Counted from the first letter of the stretch, positions 50,465 through 61,427 are shown. The stretch is DNA of 64,000 nucleotides from Candidatus Thorarchaeota archaeon (GCA_963726195.1 CAVSBO010000008.1:112276-176275); one strand, 5' to 3'. The notes: generated from the letters alone by a model not told the origin. A program made the numbers and translations.

Positions 50465-52660
50465 TTGATGTCGCCGGGCCCGCATGAACACAATCGCATG
50501 CGAGCGGCTATGGCGGAGGTGCTTCGGAATGCAGGCAACACCGAAGGACACACGTTTCTTCTCATTGAAGACCTACTGGAGCGCGTAAAGAAGCAGTTCT
50601 CGAGACCGGGCATTTTCATTCCGGACCAGCAGCTCGTGTTGTACAATACTAGCCTCTACGAGCCGGTAGTTGCAATCACGGCTTCTGATTCTGGCCATAT
50701 CGTTGAGCTGAGAGACTACGTGGAAATGAACGAGATTGTACACGATAGAATTCGCAGACTCGGAGAGTCCAGAAGCACCACGGTGGATGTAGATTGGGCT
50801 CCGATCCTCAAGGAGGTTTTGAAGTCAGAAGTCGATGAGAGGGATGAAAGGGAAGTCGCCTCACGAAAGGAAAAGAAAGACGCCCTAAGCAAACTGGCAT
50901 CACATAGATTGTCAGTACTTGTGGGTGCCGCCGGAACCGGGAAGACCAAGGTGATTGGAGCATTGCTGGCTGGTCTCAAGAAGGCAGAAGGCTCGTTGCC
51001 GGTACTACTGCTTGCGCCAACTGGCAAGGCCAGAATGCGACTTCAGGAGGAAACATCGGAAGTGGCATTCACGATACACCAGTTCCTCATGGAGAAGGAC
51101 TGGATCAATCCTAAGAACTACGCTCTCTGCAAGGCAGGTGGAAAACTAGCAGAGGTTGACACAGTCATAGTTGACGAGGCGTCAATGGTACCGCTCAATC
51201 TCTTTGCAGCTCTTCTTCGTGCATTCGACTGGAATCGTGTGAGAAGGTTCATTCTCGTCGGCGACCCAAACCAGTTGCCGCCAATAGGGCCGGGAAAGCC
51301 ATTTGTCGATATTCTTGCGTGGCTACGCTCGAATGAGAAGACGAAAGAACTGGTTGCAGAACTGATTACGAGGTCAAGGTTCGAAAGCCGGGATAGCGAA
51401 GCTCTTGAACTCGCGGACAGCTATGTCTGGGATTCCAGAGATCCGACAGATGATGTGATGCTCTCTCGGATTGCTAGGTCAGACACAGGCGGGGATCTCG
51501 TTGTCAGGTTCTGGAATGGAAAGGAGGACCTTGAGAGACAAATCGCCGAGTGTATGAACGAGGAGTTAGGCCTCAAGACAGGTGAGAATGATTACAGGTC
51601 ACTTGATGAATCGCTCGGATTCAGCAGCAAAGACCCATCGAAGCTCACTAGCTGGCAGATACTTTGCCCTACAAGAATCCACTATTTCGGATCTGGTGAA
51701 ATGAATCGGCTAGTGCAACTCAGATTCAGAGCCCCTCTCATGAAGTCGTGTGAAATGAACCGTGCAAGACCCTTTGGGAGCCAGCGCATAGTATTGCACG
51801 ACAAGGTAATCCAGAAAGTGAATAGAAGAAGGCTAGCTTACGGCGGCTTAGGCTCGAAGAACTACTATTATGTTGCAAACGGAGAAATCGGAGGAGTGGA
51901 GTCAACGTCCGGAGGCCCAACATCGGGCGGCGACAAGAACGAAGACAGTCTCAAGGTTCGATTCTCCTCGCAGGCAGACAAGGCATTCTACTATCCACGT
52001 TATCAAGTTGACATGAATCTTGAACTTGCTTACGCAATGACAGTGCACAAGGCGCAGGGAAGCGATTTCGAGAGGGTGTTTCTCATTATACCCAGAAAGG
52101 CGAGGACATTGTCCAGAGAAGTCATCTATACGGGCCTCACAAGATTCAGGCAGAAGCTCGTCCTCCTTGTAGAGAAAGACATCGAGTCTCTTCTGACATA
52201 CAGAAGCCCTGATTCATCAGCAACGGCTAAGCGGCAGACGAATCTGTTCCGAGTCTCGCATACCGCAGTCCCATCCACAGGCTTCAAACCGGAAGAGCTA
52301 ACCCATAGAACACGTACTGGCATCCTTGTCCGGTCCAAGTCGGAAGTCATTATTGCGGATGCGCTGTCCTCTCTTGGCCTGTCGTACAAGTACGAGGAAC
52401 CTTTGAGAAATCCAAAAGACCCGAACGATTTCGTCCTGCCTGACTTTACGGTCTACCATGAGGGCGAGGTTTTCTACTGGGAGCACCTAGGAATGCTCTC
52501 AGCTGAAGATCAGAGGCGGCGTTGGGAGGCAAAAGAGAAGTGGTACTTGAGGAATCACTTTGCAGAGCGCTTGATTGCGACCCGAGATGGACCCGAGCAC
52601 GGTATAGACTCGCCACAGATTGAGACCATCGCCCGAAGCAAGATCCTTGGTATTCACTGA
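50465..52660 (+). CDS. Superfamily-1 helicase (RecD/TraA-like AAA_30 core + UvrD_C_2) fused to a C-terminal Vsr/DUF559-like restriction-endonuclease-fold domain
   Basis: Walker A is GAAGTGKT, Walker B is VIVDEASM, LVGDPNQLPPIG is present, and VHKAQGSDFERVFL is a UvrD_C_2 block. The last ~110 aa (ILVRSKSEVIIADALSSLG...YKYEEPL...DFVLPDFTVYHEGEVFYWEHLG...RRRWEAKEKWY) follow the DUF559/Vsr-like pattern SKxE...G...YxYE...DF...hhEhDG..WH...R. Confidence 0.7.
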   Translation: MMSPGPHEHNRMRAAMAEVLRNAGNTEGHTFLLIEDLLERVKKQFSRPGIFIPDQQLVLYNTSLYEPVVAITASDSGHIVELRDYVEMNEIVHDRIRRLGESRSTTVDVDWAPILKEVLKSEVDERDEREVASRKEKKDALSKLASHRLSVLVGAAGTGKTKVIGALLAGLKKAEGSLPVLLLAPTGKARMRLQEETSEVAFTIHQFLMEKDWINPKNYALCKAGGKLAEVDTVIVDEASMVPLNLFAALLRAFDWNRVRRFILVGDPNQLPPIGPGKPFVDILAWLRSNEKTKELVAELITRSRFESRDSEALELADSYVWDSRDPTDDVMLSRIARSDTGGDLVVRFWNGKEDLERQIAECMNEELGLKTGENDYRSLDESLGFSSKDPSKLTSWQILCPTRIHYFGSGEMNRLVQLRFRAPLMKSCEMNRARPFGSQRIVLHDKVIQKVNRRRLAYGGLGSKNYYYVANGEIGGVESTSGGPTSGGDKNEDSLKVRFSSQADKAFYYPRYQVDMNLELAYAMTVHKAQGSDFERVFLIIPRKARTLSREVIYTGLTRFRQKLVLLVEKDIESLLTYRSPDSSATAKRQTNLFRVSHTAVPSTGFKPEELTHRTRTGILVRSKSEVIIADALSSLGLSYKYEEPLRNPKDPNDFVLPDFTVYHEGEVFYWEHLGMLSAEDQRRRWEAKEKWYLRNHFAERLIATRDGPEHGIDSPQIETIARSKILGIH

Positions 52661-52777
52661 AAGCAAGATGAGTCATGTAGGCGAAGTAGGTTGAACGAGG
52701 CTCAGAATCCCACTATATAATTGCCACCAAGTCCCTGGAACTGGAACAGGCATTGTCAACCAACACCTAACCCGCCT

Positions 52778-54703
52778 TCATATGAGTTTCTTCAACTGCT
52801 CAATAAAGCGCTCAGCCTCTCTTATCCCAAGGGTCCAGAAGTCGGGCTTCGTGATGTCATGCCCGAGCTCAGCGATTTGGTCCTTTGGGCTCATGCTGCC
52901 TCCCCTACTTAGAAGTAGCTTGAATCGCTGATTGAACTTCGACCCTCTCTTTTTGAAGTCACCATATAGAGCAAACACGAGCAACTGTGCGAAGCTGTAG
53001 CTATAGTTATAGAAGCGGAAGTTCGGGTAGTAGAACGAGTCCCGGTCAGCCCATTCATACTCGGTGTTCTCTGTCCACTCGACACGGTCGCCGTAGATTC
53101 TCCGTCTTGCGGTCTTCCAGAGCTGACACGCCTTGTCTGCATCAAGCATTTCACTAGCCTCTATTGTCTCATAGAGACTCGACTCAAAGAATGCGCAGGC
53201 CGCATTGTAGTACACCATCGTATAGAAGCGATCTAGTACTCTGGCGAGTATCTCGAGTGTCAGGGCCTGCGTGTCGCACTCTCTGAGCAGTTGTTCCGTC
53301 AGTAGGAGTTCCCCAAACAGAGAGGCAGTCTCAGCCATGCATATAGACACATCACAGTTCAGGATGCTCTGGTGCTCGTGCATGAAATGATTGTGAACAG
53401 CGTGCCCTAGTTCGTGTGCCAGGGTGTAGGCGTCGTTCAACATACCGTTGTAGGTCAGGAATACGAAGGATGTTCTTCCATGAAACCAACTCTCACTGAA
53501 TCCCTTACTCATCATTCTACCCTTTCTGTCAAGAGAGTCAATACGGCGTTGGTCAAATAGTCCATCGATGTAGGCGCCCACCTCGTTGTCGAATGCATGA
53601 TATGCACTAATTGTCGACCCTCTTACACTCGACCAGTCCGCTGTCCATGTCCTCTCAGATGACCACGGTGCCCTGATATCATAATCGAGCAGGCGTTCGA
53701 CTCCGAAGAACCTAGCCTTCAGCCGCAAGTACCTCTGGTAACTGTCTGAGGCTCTCTCTATGGACGATAGCATGGTGCCGATGACTGTCTCCTCGACATC
53801 TTGGTCCACTAGGCTCTGAGTCATGGGCGAGGGCCATCTTCTGAGCTTTGACATCTGGACATGATCTGCACAGACCGCCTGCAATGCCGTTCCGTGCAAC
53901 AGCCTGTCTTTGGCAAGACAGCCGAAATAGGCCTTGGATGCAGATTCTCTTGTCTCTCTGTTCTCATCCATTCGCAGGCTGAAGAGTTCATTCATAGTGA
54001 CGGCTTTCTCTTCCTTCGCAGTCTTCAGTTCCAGAACCTGCGTTCCCATCCAGCTCTCCCGCAGTTGAGAGATTGTGAATATTCCGTTGTTGTCCTTGGT
54101 CATTATGACATTCTCTTCTGCCTGTGATAATCGATACGATGCCTTCATGCTCGCCTTTTGCAGATAATGTCTGTACGCTCCAAGTTCTGGTGCATCGAGC
54201 AGTTCTGATCTACTTCGGACAAGGTCTCCCAAGTCATACTCTATGGTTCGGAGGGTACCAGCAAACTCGTTGGTGGCCTTTTGTCTCAGAGCCCCGAGTG
54301 CTCGGCCGTTGGTTGATACAACATCTAATGCATACTGGCAGTCCGAATACACTGCTTCAGTTTCTACTCTCTCATTGAGAGATTCTATCCTCCGGATGTA
54401 GTCTGCCAAGTCCTTTGCTGAGACTTCGCTAAGGTTCCCTTTGAGTTCATTTCCCAATCCATGCAACTCAGAAATAATCGAGTCTATCTCGCGTCCAATT
54501 CCAGCTACGGATGTATCTGCCACAATCGACGACAGGTCCCACGTCCTCTCCTCGCTCATATCGAATACCGACTTCTGTGATGAAGGCAGTTGAAGAAAAG
54601 TGATGTGGTCTTCTCCCTTCCATCGGGCAGATACTCGGCCCTGAGAACCTCTCTGCGCATGGTAGTCCTTATGGTATGGACCGACCGAGAGGGCATAGAG
54701 CAC
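52778..54703 (-). CDS. pepF: M3-family oligoendopeptidase (PepF-like)
   Basis: HELGHAVH (HExxH) plus the downstream Glu region are present. The ~640 aa length is typical of M3B. Confidence 0.85.
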   Translation of the reverse strand: MLYALSVGPYHKDYHAQRGSQGRVSARWKGEDHITFLQLPSSQKSVFDMSEERTWDLSSIVADTSVAGIGREIDSIISELHGLGNELKGNLSEVSAKDLADYIRRIESLNERVETEAVYSDCQYALDVVSTNGRALGALRQKATNEFAGTLRTIEYDLGDLVRSRSELLDAPELGAYRHYLQKASMKASYRLSQAEENVIMTKDNNGIFTISQLRESWMGTQVLELKTAKEEKAVTMNELFSLRMDENRETRESASKAYFGCLAKDRLLHGTALQAVCADHVQMSKLRRWPSPMTQSLVDQDVEETVIGTMLSSIERASDSYQRYLRLKARFFGVERLLDYDIRAPWSSERTWTADWSSVRGSTISAYHAFDNEVGAYIDGLFDQRRIDSLDRKGRMMSKGFSESWFHGRTSFVFLTYNGMLNDAYTLAHELGHAVHNHFMHEHQSILNCDVSICMAETASLFGELLLTEQLLRECDTQALTLEILARVLDRFYTMVYYNAACAFFESSLYETIEASEMLDADKACQLWKTARRRIYGDRVEWTENTEYEWADRDSFYYPNFRFYNYSYSFAQLLVFALYGDFKKRGSKFNQRFKLLLSRGGSMSPKDQIAELGHDITKPDFWTLGIREAERFIEQLKKLI

Positions 54704-54908
54704 GTATTCAACAGCTCCTTGATTCGTTGTCTGTCACTTGCATGAAGTGGAAGGGAAGTTGACTCTGGCAGGCAACTTGGCTTGGAAAGTCGGGAGTGTC
54801 TTCGGCGTTTGGCAGTTCCGGTGGCTCTTGTGGGGGTATTTGCGCATATCCGCTTAACTGTGGGTCCGTAGGACCCGGGCGTCACGCTCTGGGCTTTCAG
54901 GCTCTTTT

Positions 54909-55265
54909 CTAGAGTGTTCCCCTGATTCTCTCAAGATTCTCCTTGGCCGCTTGCTCGGTTGATAGGAACCTTTCGAGCTCGGCACAGGGATAGTCCTCGC
55001 AGTGAGCACAGGTTTCCACGCCTCGAGCCTCTGCACACGGCCGTATCTTGCAGAACCTCTGGCACCAAGCCGAGAGTGTTGAGGATTTGCACCCTCTGCA
55101 CTCGACATCTGCCGGGCCAATGTTGGCTTTCAGCTCCTTGGTCCAACGCTCAGCAATCGTTCTCTTGAGTGCCAAGTTTCGGGACTTAGTCGCTTCGAAA
55201 GCATCACACTTCGTACAGTCGAGTCCACAGTAGGCGATCAAGTTCGTCATAGCTGTCACCATCAC
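54909..55265 (-). CDS. Cysteine-rich small protein (DUF3795-like)
   Basis: CGLDCTKC, CRGC, C...C and CAHCEDYPC are present. 118 aa. Confidence 0.45.
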   Translation of the reverse strand: MMVTAMTNLIAYCGLDCTKCDAFEATKSRNLALKRTIAERWTKELKANIGPADVECRGCKSSTLSAWCQRFCKIRPCAEARGVETCAHCEDYPCAELERFLSTEQAAKENLERIRGTL

Positions 55266-55603
55266 CTCGTCTGCCTCTAGCGAATGAACGACATCCGATG
55301 CGCCGCTGCCAAGGCAGCGGTCCGATTCTGTTCAAGCCGACACATGGCCTCTGCCTCAGCGAGGTGCTCAGACTGTGTCGAGGTGCTCTGGACGCTCCTC
55401 CTTCTCAGTTTGAGGACTGAAGTTCGCTTAGGCTCCTGAGCCGCTGGCTCTGTCGGCAGCCTGAATGTGTGTTGTGTCTGAATGTTCTCCATTTTATTCA
55501 CACTGGAGGAGCCGTCGAGAGATGGCATAGGCTTTGTACCGACACATGCCTACCGACATATGTCGGGAGAGGCTATATAGGTGCAGCGACACGTGGCTAG
55601 CTC

Positions 55604-56329
55604 ATGCCGCTGTTCGAGATAGTGTTCCGGGCCAAGTATGACAATCCTTTCGGCAACGTAACGGGCAAGTATCCGTCGATGAGGCTCTATGAGTGGTGCA
55701 ACGGCCAGTACGACATTATCGAACTGGTCCTCCAGAAGCAGGACGACTATGCCCTGATAAGAGAGGACCTTGCCAAGGTTGTGGAGGTAGTTGAAGAGAT
55801 ACACAGTGGTGGCAACAACCATGTTATCACGAGGATGTGTGCCTGCGGTGGTCCTGGCACGGTTAGCAAGTACCTCGAGGACCCGAGCATCCTCAGTATT
55901 CCACCGGTTGCCTATGAGGACGGCTGGGAGTACTTCAGACTGATTGCGTTCCGTCATGAGAACGTCAAGCGGCTCCTCACCCGCTTGCATCAAGACGGCT
56001 TCAATGTCGAGATCCTCAGGAAGACACCCTTCGACGGCTACATCGCCAGCTCACTGACGCTCACGACTGACGCACTCTTCTCAGGGATAACGGAGAAACA
56101 GATGGACGCCCTACTGACCGCCTATGCGCAGGGCTACTTTCGCTACCCGAGAGGGGCCGACCTGCAGACCATCGCCTCTAGGTCGAAGATGGGGAGAACC
56201 ACCTTTTTGGAGCACCTAAAGAAGGCCGAGAACAAGCTGATCACGGCTCTCATACCGCACATTCAGCTTTTCAGACAGCTTCCTCAAGAGCGCAGGAAAA
56301 CGATGGGCTTCGCCCGGGATGCAGGATAG
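55604..56329 (+). CDS. Transcriptional regulator with a C-terminal HTH_10 (bacterio-opsin-activator-type) domain
   Basis: ITEKQMDALLTAYAQGYFRYPRGADLQTIASRSKMGRTTFLEHLKKAENKLI is a textbook HTH_10 block. The antisense ORF 55550..55993 is rejected. Confidence 0.7.
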   Translation: MPLFEIVFRAKYDNPFGNVTGKYPSMRLYEWCNGQYDIIELVLQKQDDYALIREDLAKVVEVVEEIHSGGNNHVITRMCACGGPGTVSKYLEDPSILSIPPVAYEDGWEYFRLIAFRHENVKRLLTRLHQDGFNVEILRKTPFDGYIASSLTLTTDALFSGITEKQMDALLTAYAQGYFRYPRGADLQTIASRSKMGRTTFLEHLKKAENKLITALIPHIQLFRQLPQERRKTMGFARDAG

Positions 56330-56615
56330 GCGGCAGATGCGGAGAACTTGACCAGACTTGGACATTGGTGAGTAGGAGTTCATTGGCCCGAGTGACGGAA
56401 AGAAGAGATGTCTTTCAGAATCTCACTGCAGCCTCCTGTAGTGAATGTAGGCAGCTGCAGAAACCGTCAAGGCAGTGATTGTCAGAACAACCAACGCTAT
56501 GGCTTCGAGCTGTTGCCCGACTTGTTCGGAGGACGTCGAGGAGGATAGTTTCGAGGGATATCGGTCGTGACTGCCAGCGGTTCCTGAGACTTCGTACCAA
56601 CCATACCCGGAATAG

Positions 56616-58167
56616 TCACTCCAGTCTGTTTCCCCGCGATATGCCATCATCCCATGTATTCGAAGAGCCACGGTCTTCGCCGTTCAATGCGTTCCATCCG
56701 ACGGAGTTGTAGTACACATCATTGTACTGTGAATCTGCAGTCAGCCTGATACCCACCTGTGAGGAATTGAACACCCCGTTGCCGACAATCTGGCAGTGCT
56801 TCGAGAACCAGAGGTCTATCCCTTGCTGGCAACCCGCGATCAAGTTGTTCTCTATCGAACAGAACAGGCCGTGTTCTAGATAGATGCCGCAGTGGGCATT
56901 TCTTATGCTGTTGTTGCAGAAGCATGAGGAGTTCACATACCAGGCAAACACAGAACGCCAGTTCCCAAAGAGAACATTGGATGCAACTCTCACGTCCTTC
57001 ACATGATAGGGATAGATACCTGCAAAGTTGCCTGTTATGGTGCAGTTCAGGACACTGCATCCCTCGCAGAACAGCAGGCTCACTCCTCGGACTGTGTCAT
57101 TTGATATTGCACTGTCGGCCAGAGTGACATTGACGCAATGTCCAAGCTGCACTGCAGCAGAAGAATTAGAGACGATCGCATGGTGAACCGTCACATTCCT
57201 GCATCCTGCCAGAATCACCTGTCCGTTCGACGCAGCGTCGATAACCGTGTTGGAGTAGTTCCAGAAATAACCGAGGGGCTTGCCATTCACCATATTACCT
57301 GTCACTGAATGATTCCAGTGCTCGAGGAGGCTCGGCGGGCCCAGTGGAGTAGGCAACTCGATGCTGAGGCCGCTGCCAAAGAACGTGTTGTGATGAACCT
57401 CGCAGCCTCTGCATTCTGAGAGAGCGACGCCTCCCAATTCACCGAGACCGCTGCCCAAACCAATCATCGTCTGATTGGCAATCGTGCTTGAGTCCGCACG
57501 CGTGAGCATTGCGCCATACCTGTTCGAGTACAGGTCATTCCTATCGAGCACGCACCCAGTCGAGTCTGTCACTTCAATCCCGATCCATGAGAGGGAGACG
57601 CCATTGTCAACGAGTGAACATGAGCTAGACCATGCAAGACTCACACCATAGTAGTTGTTGTAGAATGTGTTACCGCGAAGGGTGCAGTTCTCGGAATATG
57701 ACGCCCGGGCGCCGTATCCGTACGTACTGAACATCACGTCCCCAACAGCGTACCAATATGAATATCCGGAATCCATGAAGCAATCAGCGACCACGCCGCC
57801 TCTAACTCCTTCGAACTCAATGCAACACATGGCGCCTCCCTTGAGTGAGCTGAAGGAAGCAGCCGCTTATCACAAAGCAAGTTGCGACGTTGTGCACAGA
57901 AATGCATACCTGACTACATGTTATGTTGAGATTCTCAATCCTGAAGGGATTGCCGGGCGTGCCGCTTCCAGGCCACCCCTGGGACGTGAAGTCTGCTTCG
58001 TTGTCAATAGAAATCGGACCGTGCGGCAACAGTCCAGACATGTGAACCGAACTTGCTACGACCAGTGGCGCAGACGAGCATGATACGGTCGAAAGGGCGA
58101 ACAACACGACAGCCACGACTGACATCGTCTGAAGTTTCCAGCTCCTGCCTGAAACAAGCGTCAGCAT
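56616..58167 (-). pseudogene. Second parallel beta-helix surface protein (paralog of 47016..48236), split by a frameshift near 57825
   Basis: ORF 57817..58167 carries the signal peptide and the first coil (ISIDNEADFTSQGWPGSGTPGNPFRIENLNIT, compare IVITDNGDFQVQGWPGNGSVQNPYTISELSIV in the paralog). ORF 56616..57830 carries the remaining beta-helix coils, in another frame. Confidence 0.55.
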
Positions 58168-58699
58168 CTCGGCTCACATCTTCACGTGGATCTTGTGAAG
58201 CAGTCTGGACAGAACCCATCTTCAGATTTTCTGCTTACTCGCACTCTCTTGGCATTTTTCACACTTGTAGTGGAGACTCATAAGTTCCTTGTTCTACCTA
58301 TACTGATTCATCGTCGAATTCCGAGAATAGCGATTGTCTTGTTCGAGTCTTCTCGGAAGACCTAGTTTCCGCAATTCTGTCTTGAGAAGGTCCGGCTGTT
58401 TCGATTTGTGACGAGTCTCCGTTTGTGTGAGGCATTCCCACAGTCGTCTTTTCGGCTGGATACTCGCTGAGGGGGATCTGTTCGTTGTCAGGCGGTTTTT
58501 CGGGCTTCTTCTTTCTGCCAAATCGCGCCCCTCGCTCTTTGCGCCACTTATCCAACAGGGTCATGTTTCCGTCGAAGACTCCTCAGGCCGCTTAATGCTC
58601 TTTTTGTGTATACGCACCATTTATCGTTTTGGAGAACGAGTATTCTCCTCGAAAAGAAACCGACTTCCATGTGTTTCCATTTTTGGTCCGAGCGGAGAG

Positions 58700-58996
58700 G
58701 ATCTTTTTTACAGAACGCGGTCGGGCATCCTTGTTCGGTCGAAGTCGGAAGTCATTATTGCAGATACCTTGTCCTCTCTTGGGCGGCTGTGCAACTACGA
58801 GTAACCTTTGCGAAACCCAAGAGAGCCTAACGATTTCGTCATGCCTGACTTCACGGTCTATCATGAAGGGGGCATCTTCTACTGGGAGCATTTGGGATTG
58901 CTTTCAGATGAACACTATAGGCGGCGTTGGGAGGCCAAGGAGAAGTGGTACGTGAGATATCACTTTGCAGAGCGCTTGATTGCGAAATGTTCTTGA
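58700..58996 (+). pseudogene. Duplicated fragment of the helicase C-terminal Vsr/DUF559-like domain. It is frameshifted and stop-containing.
   Basis: ...EDLFYRTRSGILVRSKSEVIIADTLSSLGRLCNYE* plus the next-frame ...NPREPNDFVMPDFTVYHEGGIFYWEHLGLLSDEHYRRRWEAKEKWYVRYHFAERLIA align with residues ~615-725 of the 50465 helicase. Confidence 0.6.
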
Positions 58997-59665
58997 GTGG
59001 CATTGCAGGCAGCGGGCTCAGTGGTTCGCGTGACTGGGGAGCAGCGCATGAATCGCATAGGATTAGGACTCTATGGTAGCATCATTGGTGTTCTTGCCGG
59101 AGTCATGAGCACATATATCGTCTTCAATCCGGAGCCGGCCACGATAACCGAGTCCATCATCGAAGTGTTCTTGTGGGCCGCATGGCTTGTGACGCAGGGA
59201 GTCGGGTTCCTTGTAATCTACGGACGGTACAACGATAATGTGTCACGCGCCACATTCGTGTTTGGTCTCGTCTCAGCGGCCATCGAGCTAATGGTTCTAT
59301 TCACGCTTCTGACGGCGCCCGGCATAACTTACTACGCAGAGATGCTGGCGACACACGTTGGGCTTCTGGTCATGATACTTATCGCATCTTTCACCGAGGC
59401 ACCATACCTTATCCTAGGAGGAGTTAGTGTACTGCATGTCGCGCAGAGAACAAACCAGACCACACTCTTTGCTTTGGCAGGCTTGGCGTTCATAGTTATG
59501 GGTGAACTTCTTGGTCTAATGGCATTTCTCCTGCTGCTTGAGCCCAGCTACTCTCCTGTGATTGTAGTCAACATCCTTGCCTGTCTTGTGTTCTATCATC
59601 TCACGGGTGAGGAGGTCGGCAAGAGAACGGTTGCTGCAAGCGGCAGTGATGTTGCAGTGCAGTAA
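58997..59665 (+). CDS. Integral membrane protein (about 6 TM), hypothetical
   Basis: The ORF is hydrophobic. Confidence 0.4.
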   Translation: MALQAAGSVVRVTGEQRMNRIGLGLYGSIIGVLAGVMSTYIVFNPEPATITESIIEVFLWAAWLVTQGVGFLVIYGRYNDNVSRATFVFGLVSAAIELMVLFTLLTAPGITYYAEMLATHVGLLVMILIASFTEAPYLILGGVSVLHVAQRTNQTTLFALAGLAFIVMGELLGLMAFLLLLEPSYSPVIVVNILACLVFYHLTGEEVGKRTVAASGSDVAVQ

Positions 59666-59888
59666 CGCCGTTCTCCGATATGCATCCTGTGACTCCAAAT
59701 CGAGAACCCCGGTCGAGCATCTTTGGACGCGGCAGTGCAAGGTGGCTTCTACAGCTGCTTCTCTGTCTCGTATCCCCCAGAAAGGCCAAGAACCGAGTCC
59801 GCGATTGTCTGGACGACCGTCTGATCGTGTCAGTCTCTGCTGCTGTGTACATCATCCTTAAGGCCGACTAGAGAACAAGTGACTCAAT

Positions 59889-60287
59889 ATGAGTCTTCGA
59901 GCAATTCTTGAAGAAACGGAGAGACATGCAAAGAGAGTAATGGAGACTGGTCTCTCAAGAATCGATGGCGATCTTGTTTTTCCAGAAGGTCCCGGAGTCT
60001 ATCTGATATACAAGAATGGAGAGGTAGTTTACGTTGGTCAGAGTACTGGTCTTAAGGATAGATTCAAGGAACACTTGTCAGCAAGCCGAAGCATCAGAGG
60101 AAGCGCTTTCAGAAGAGACTTGGTTAGAGAGCATTATGTTATGGAACCCGAAGAGACCAAGAAGTGGATTATGGAGAATTGCAGCATCTCTTTCTTAGAA
60201 ATCAAGGATCCAGATATGTGCAAGTTGGTTGAGAGTCTTCTGACAGCTCACTTTAGAAAGCAGAACAAGCCTTTACTCAATAGTTGA
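59889..60287 (+). CDS. GIY-YIG nuclease-domain protein
   Basis: GVYLIYKNGEVVYVGQSTGLKDRFKEH carries GIY...YVG with downstream R and E residues. Confidence 0.75.
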   Translation: MSLRAILEETERHAKRVMETGLSRIDGDLVFPEGPGVYLIYKNGEVVYVGQSTGLKDRFKEHLSASRSIRGSAFRRDLVREHYVMEPEETKKWIMENCSISFLEIKDPDMCKLVESLLTAHFRKQNKPLLNS

Positions 60288-60350
60288 TTCTTATCCGTCT
60301 TCCTGCTATTGGTGGCAAAGGACAAATGGAATCGGACCTGTGCTTCCTCC

Positions 60351-61163
60351 TTACCTTGCCTCTGTGTCTTTGGATGGAGTTCTCAACCAAGATACTATTC
60401 TGTCTGCCAATTGGTTCCTGATGTCTGTAAATGAGTGGTCTGCATCAAAGATTTCCATTTGCACTTGCTTGGCTCCATGCTTCTGCAGAGCTTTGTAGAG
60501 AGGGAATACGTGATGTTCTATGGCGTTCTCTTGGTCACGCAATCCACCGATTATTAGAATATCGTTGTTAGATAGCGCTTCAGCATGCTTGACCAAATCG
60601 TACTTGTCCATGTCTGCAAATACCTCGGCAAACAACTCTTCAGCTCGCAGGCTGCTGAAATCTGAATCGGATATGCCTTGGTCTACAGATTTCAGAATCG
60701 CTTGTCTGAATTCATCACTCCGCCGCATCATTCTTCCCACTTCGCTAAGGTCACCTCCGGCAATGTAGACCACTCTTCTTACTGCGGTGTCATTCAGTGA
60801 ACCCAACAAAGCCATGCCGCCCCCAAGACTGTATCCTATGATCGTAATGCTTGAAGGGTCAACACTGAACTCTCGAACAGTGAGGCTCGATTTCACATAG
60901 CGTATAGCTGAGGCTACGTCCTCCAGCGAGTTCGCAATCGTAAGCAGTCCTTCGCTTCCCCATGTGCCGCGATAATTGAAGGTAAGGGCACTGAATCCTT
61001 CTTTCATCAATCTCTCGCCAAGCCCGAGTACGTCTGTGTCGTTTCCAGGAAACCCCTGACAAAGGATAACCGTTGGCAATGGGCCGGCTCCAGAGGCTTT
61101 GTAGAAGACCCCATGGACACTCGCACCTTTGCTCTCGAATCGAACTCGGGCTGGCTTCCTCAT
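60351..61163 (-). CDS. Alpha/beta-hydrolase (dienelactone-hydrolase/S9-like)
   Basis: GYSLGGG is a nucleophile elbow, and the N-terminus (VHGVFY...) is typical of DLH-like proteins. Confidence 0.75.
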   Translation of the reverse strand: MRKPARVRFESKGASVHGVFYKASGAGPLPTVILCQGFPGNDTDVLGLGERLMKEGFSALTFNYRGTWGSEGLLTIANSLEDVASAIRYVKSSLTVREFSVDPSSITIIGYSLGGGMALLGSLNDTAVRRVVYIAGGDLSEVGRMMRRSDEFRQAILKSVDQGISDSDFSSLRAEELFAEVFADMDKYDLVKHAEALSNNDILIIGGLRDQENAIEHHVFPLYKALQKHGAKQVQMEIFDADHSFTDIRNQLADRIVSWLRTPSKDTEAR

Positions 61164-61427
61164 CTCACATCAAAGGACTGTCTGCCTACAAACCGGTCTT
61201 AAAGACTTGCAGGAGTACTTGCTTGAGGCATGGAGTCCTGCAAGGCGAACCTGCTGCACGACTGCATCTTCCCTGGAGTTGTATTCACACGGAGAAGGAA
61301 GACAGATGACGAGCTTCTCCCAACTAGTCAAGACTATATCTACTTCTCTTGTCCGCACGTCAAGAACCCATGCCCGCTCTAAGGGACGACATCGAGAAGG
61401 GATGGGGCGTACCTCGGCGACTAGTAG

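Noticed and set aside
55550-55993. 147-aa minus-strand ORF overlapping the HTH_10 regulator gene
   Set aside because: The plus-strand frame contains a recognisable HTH_10 domain and the antisense frame has no features. It is a shadow ORF.
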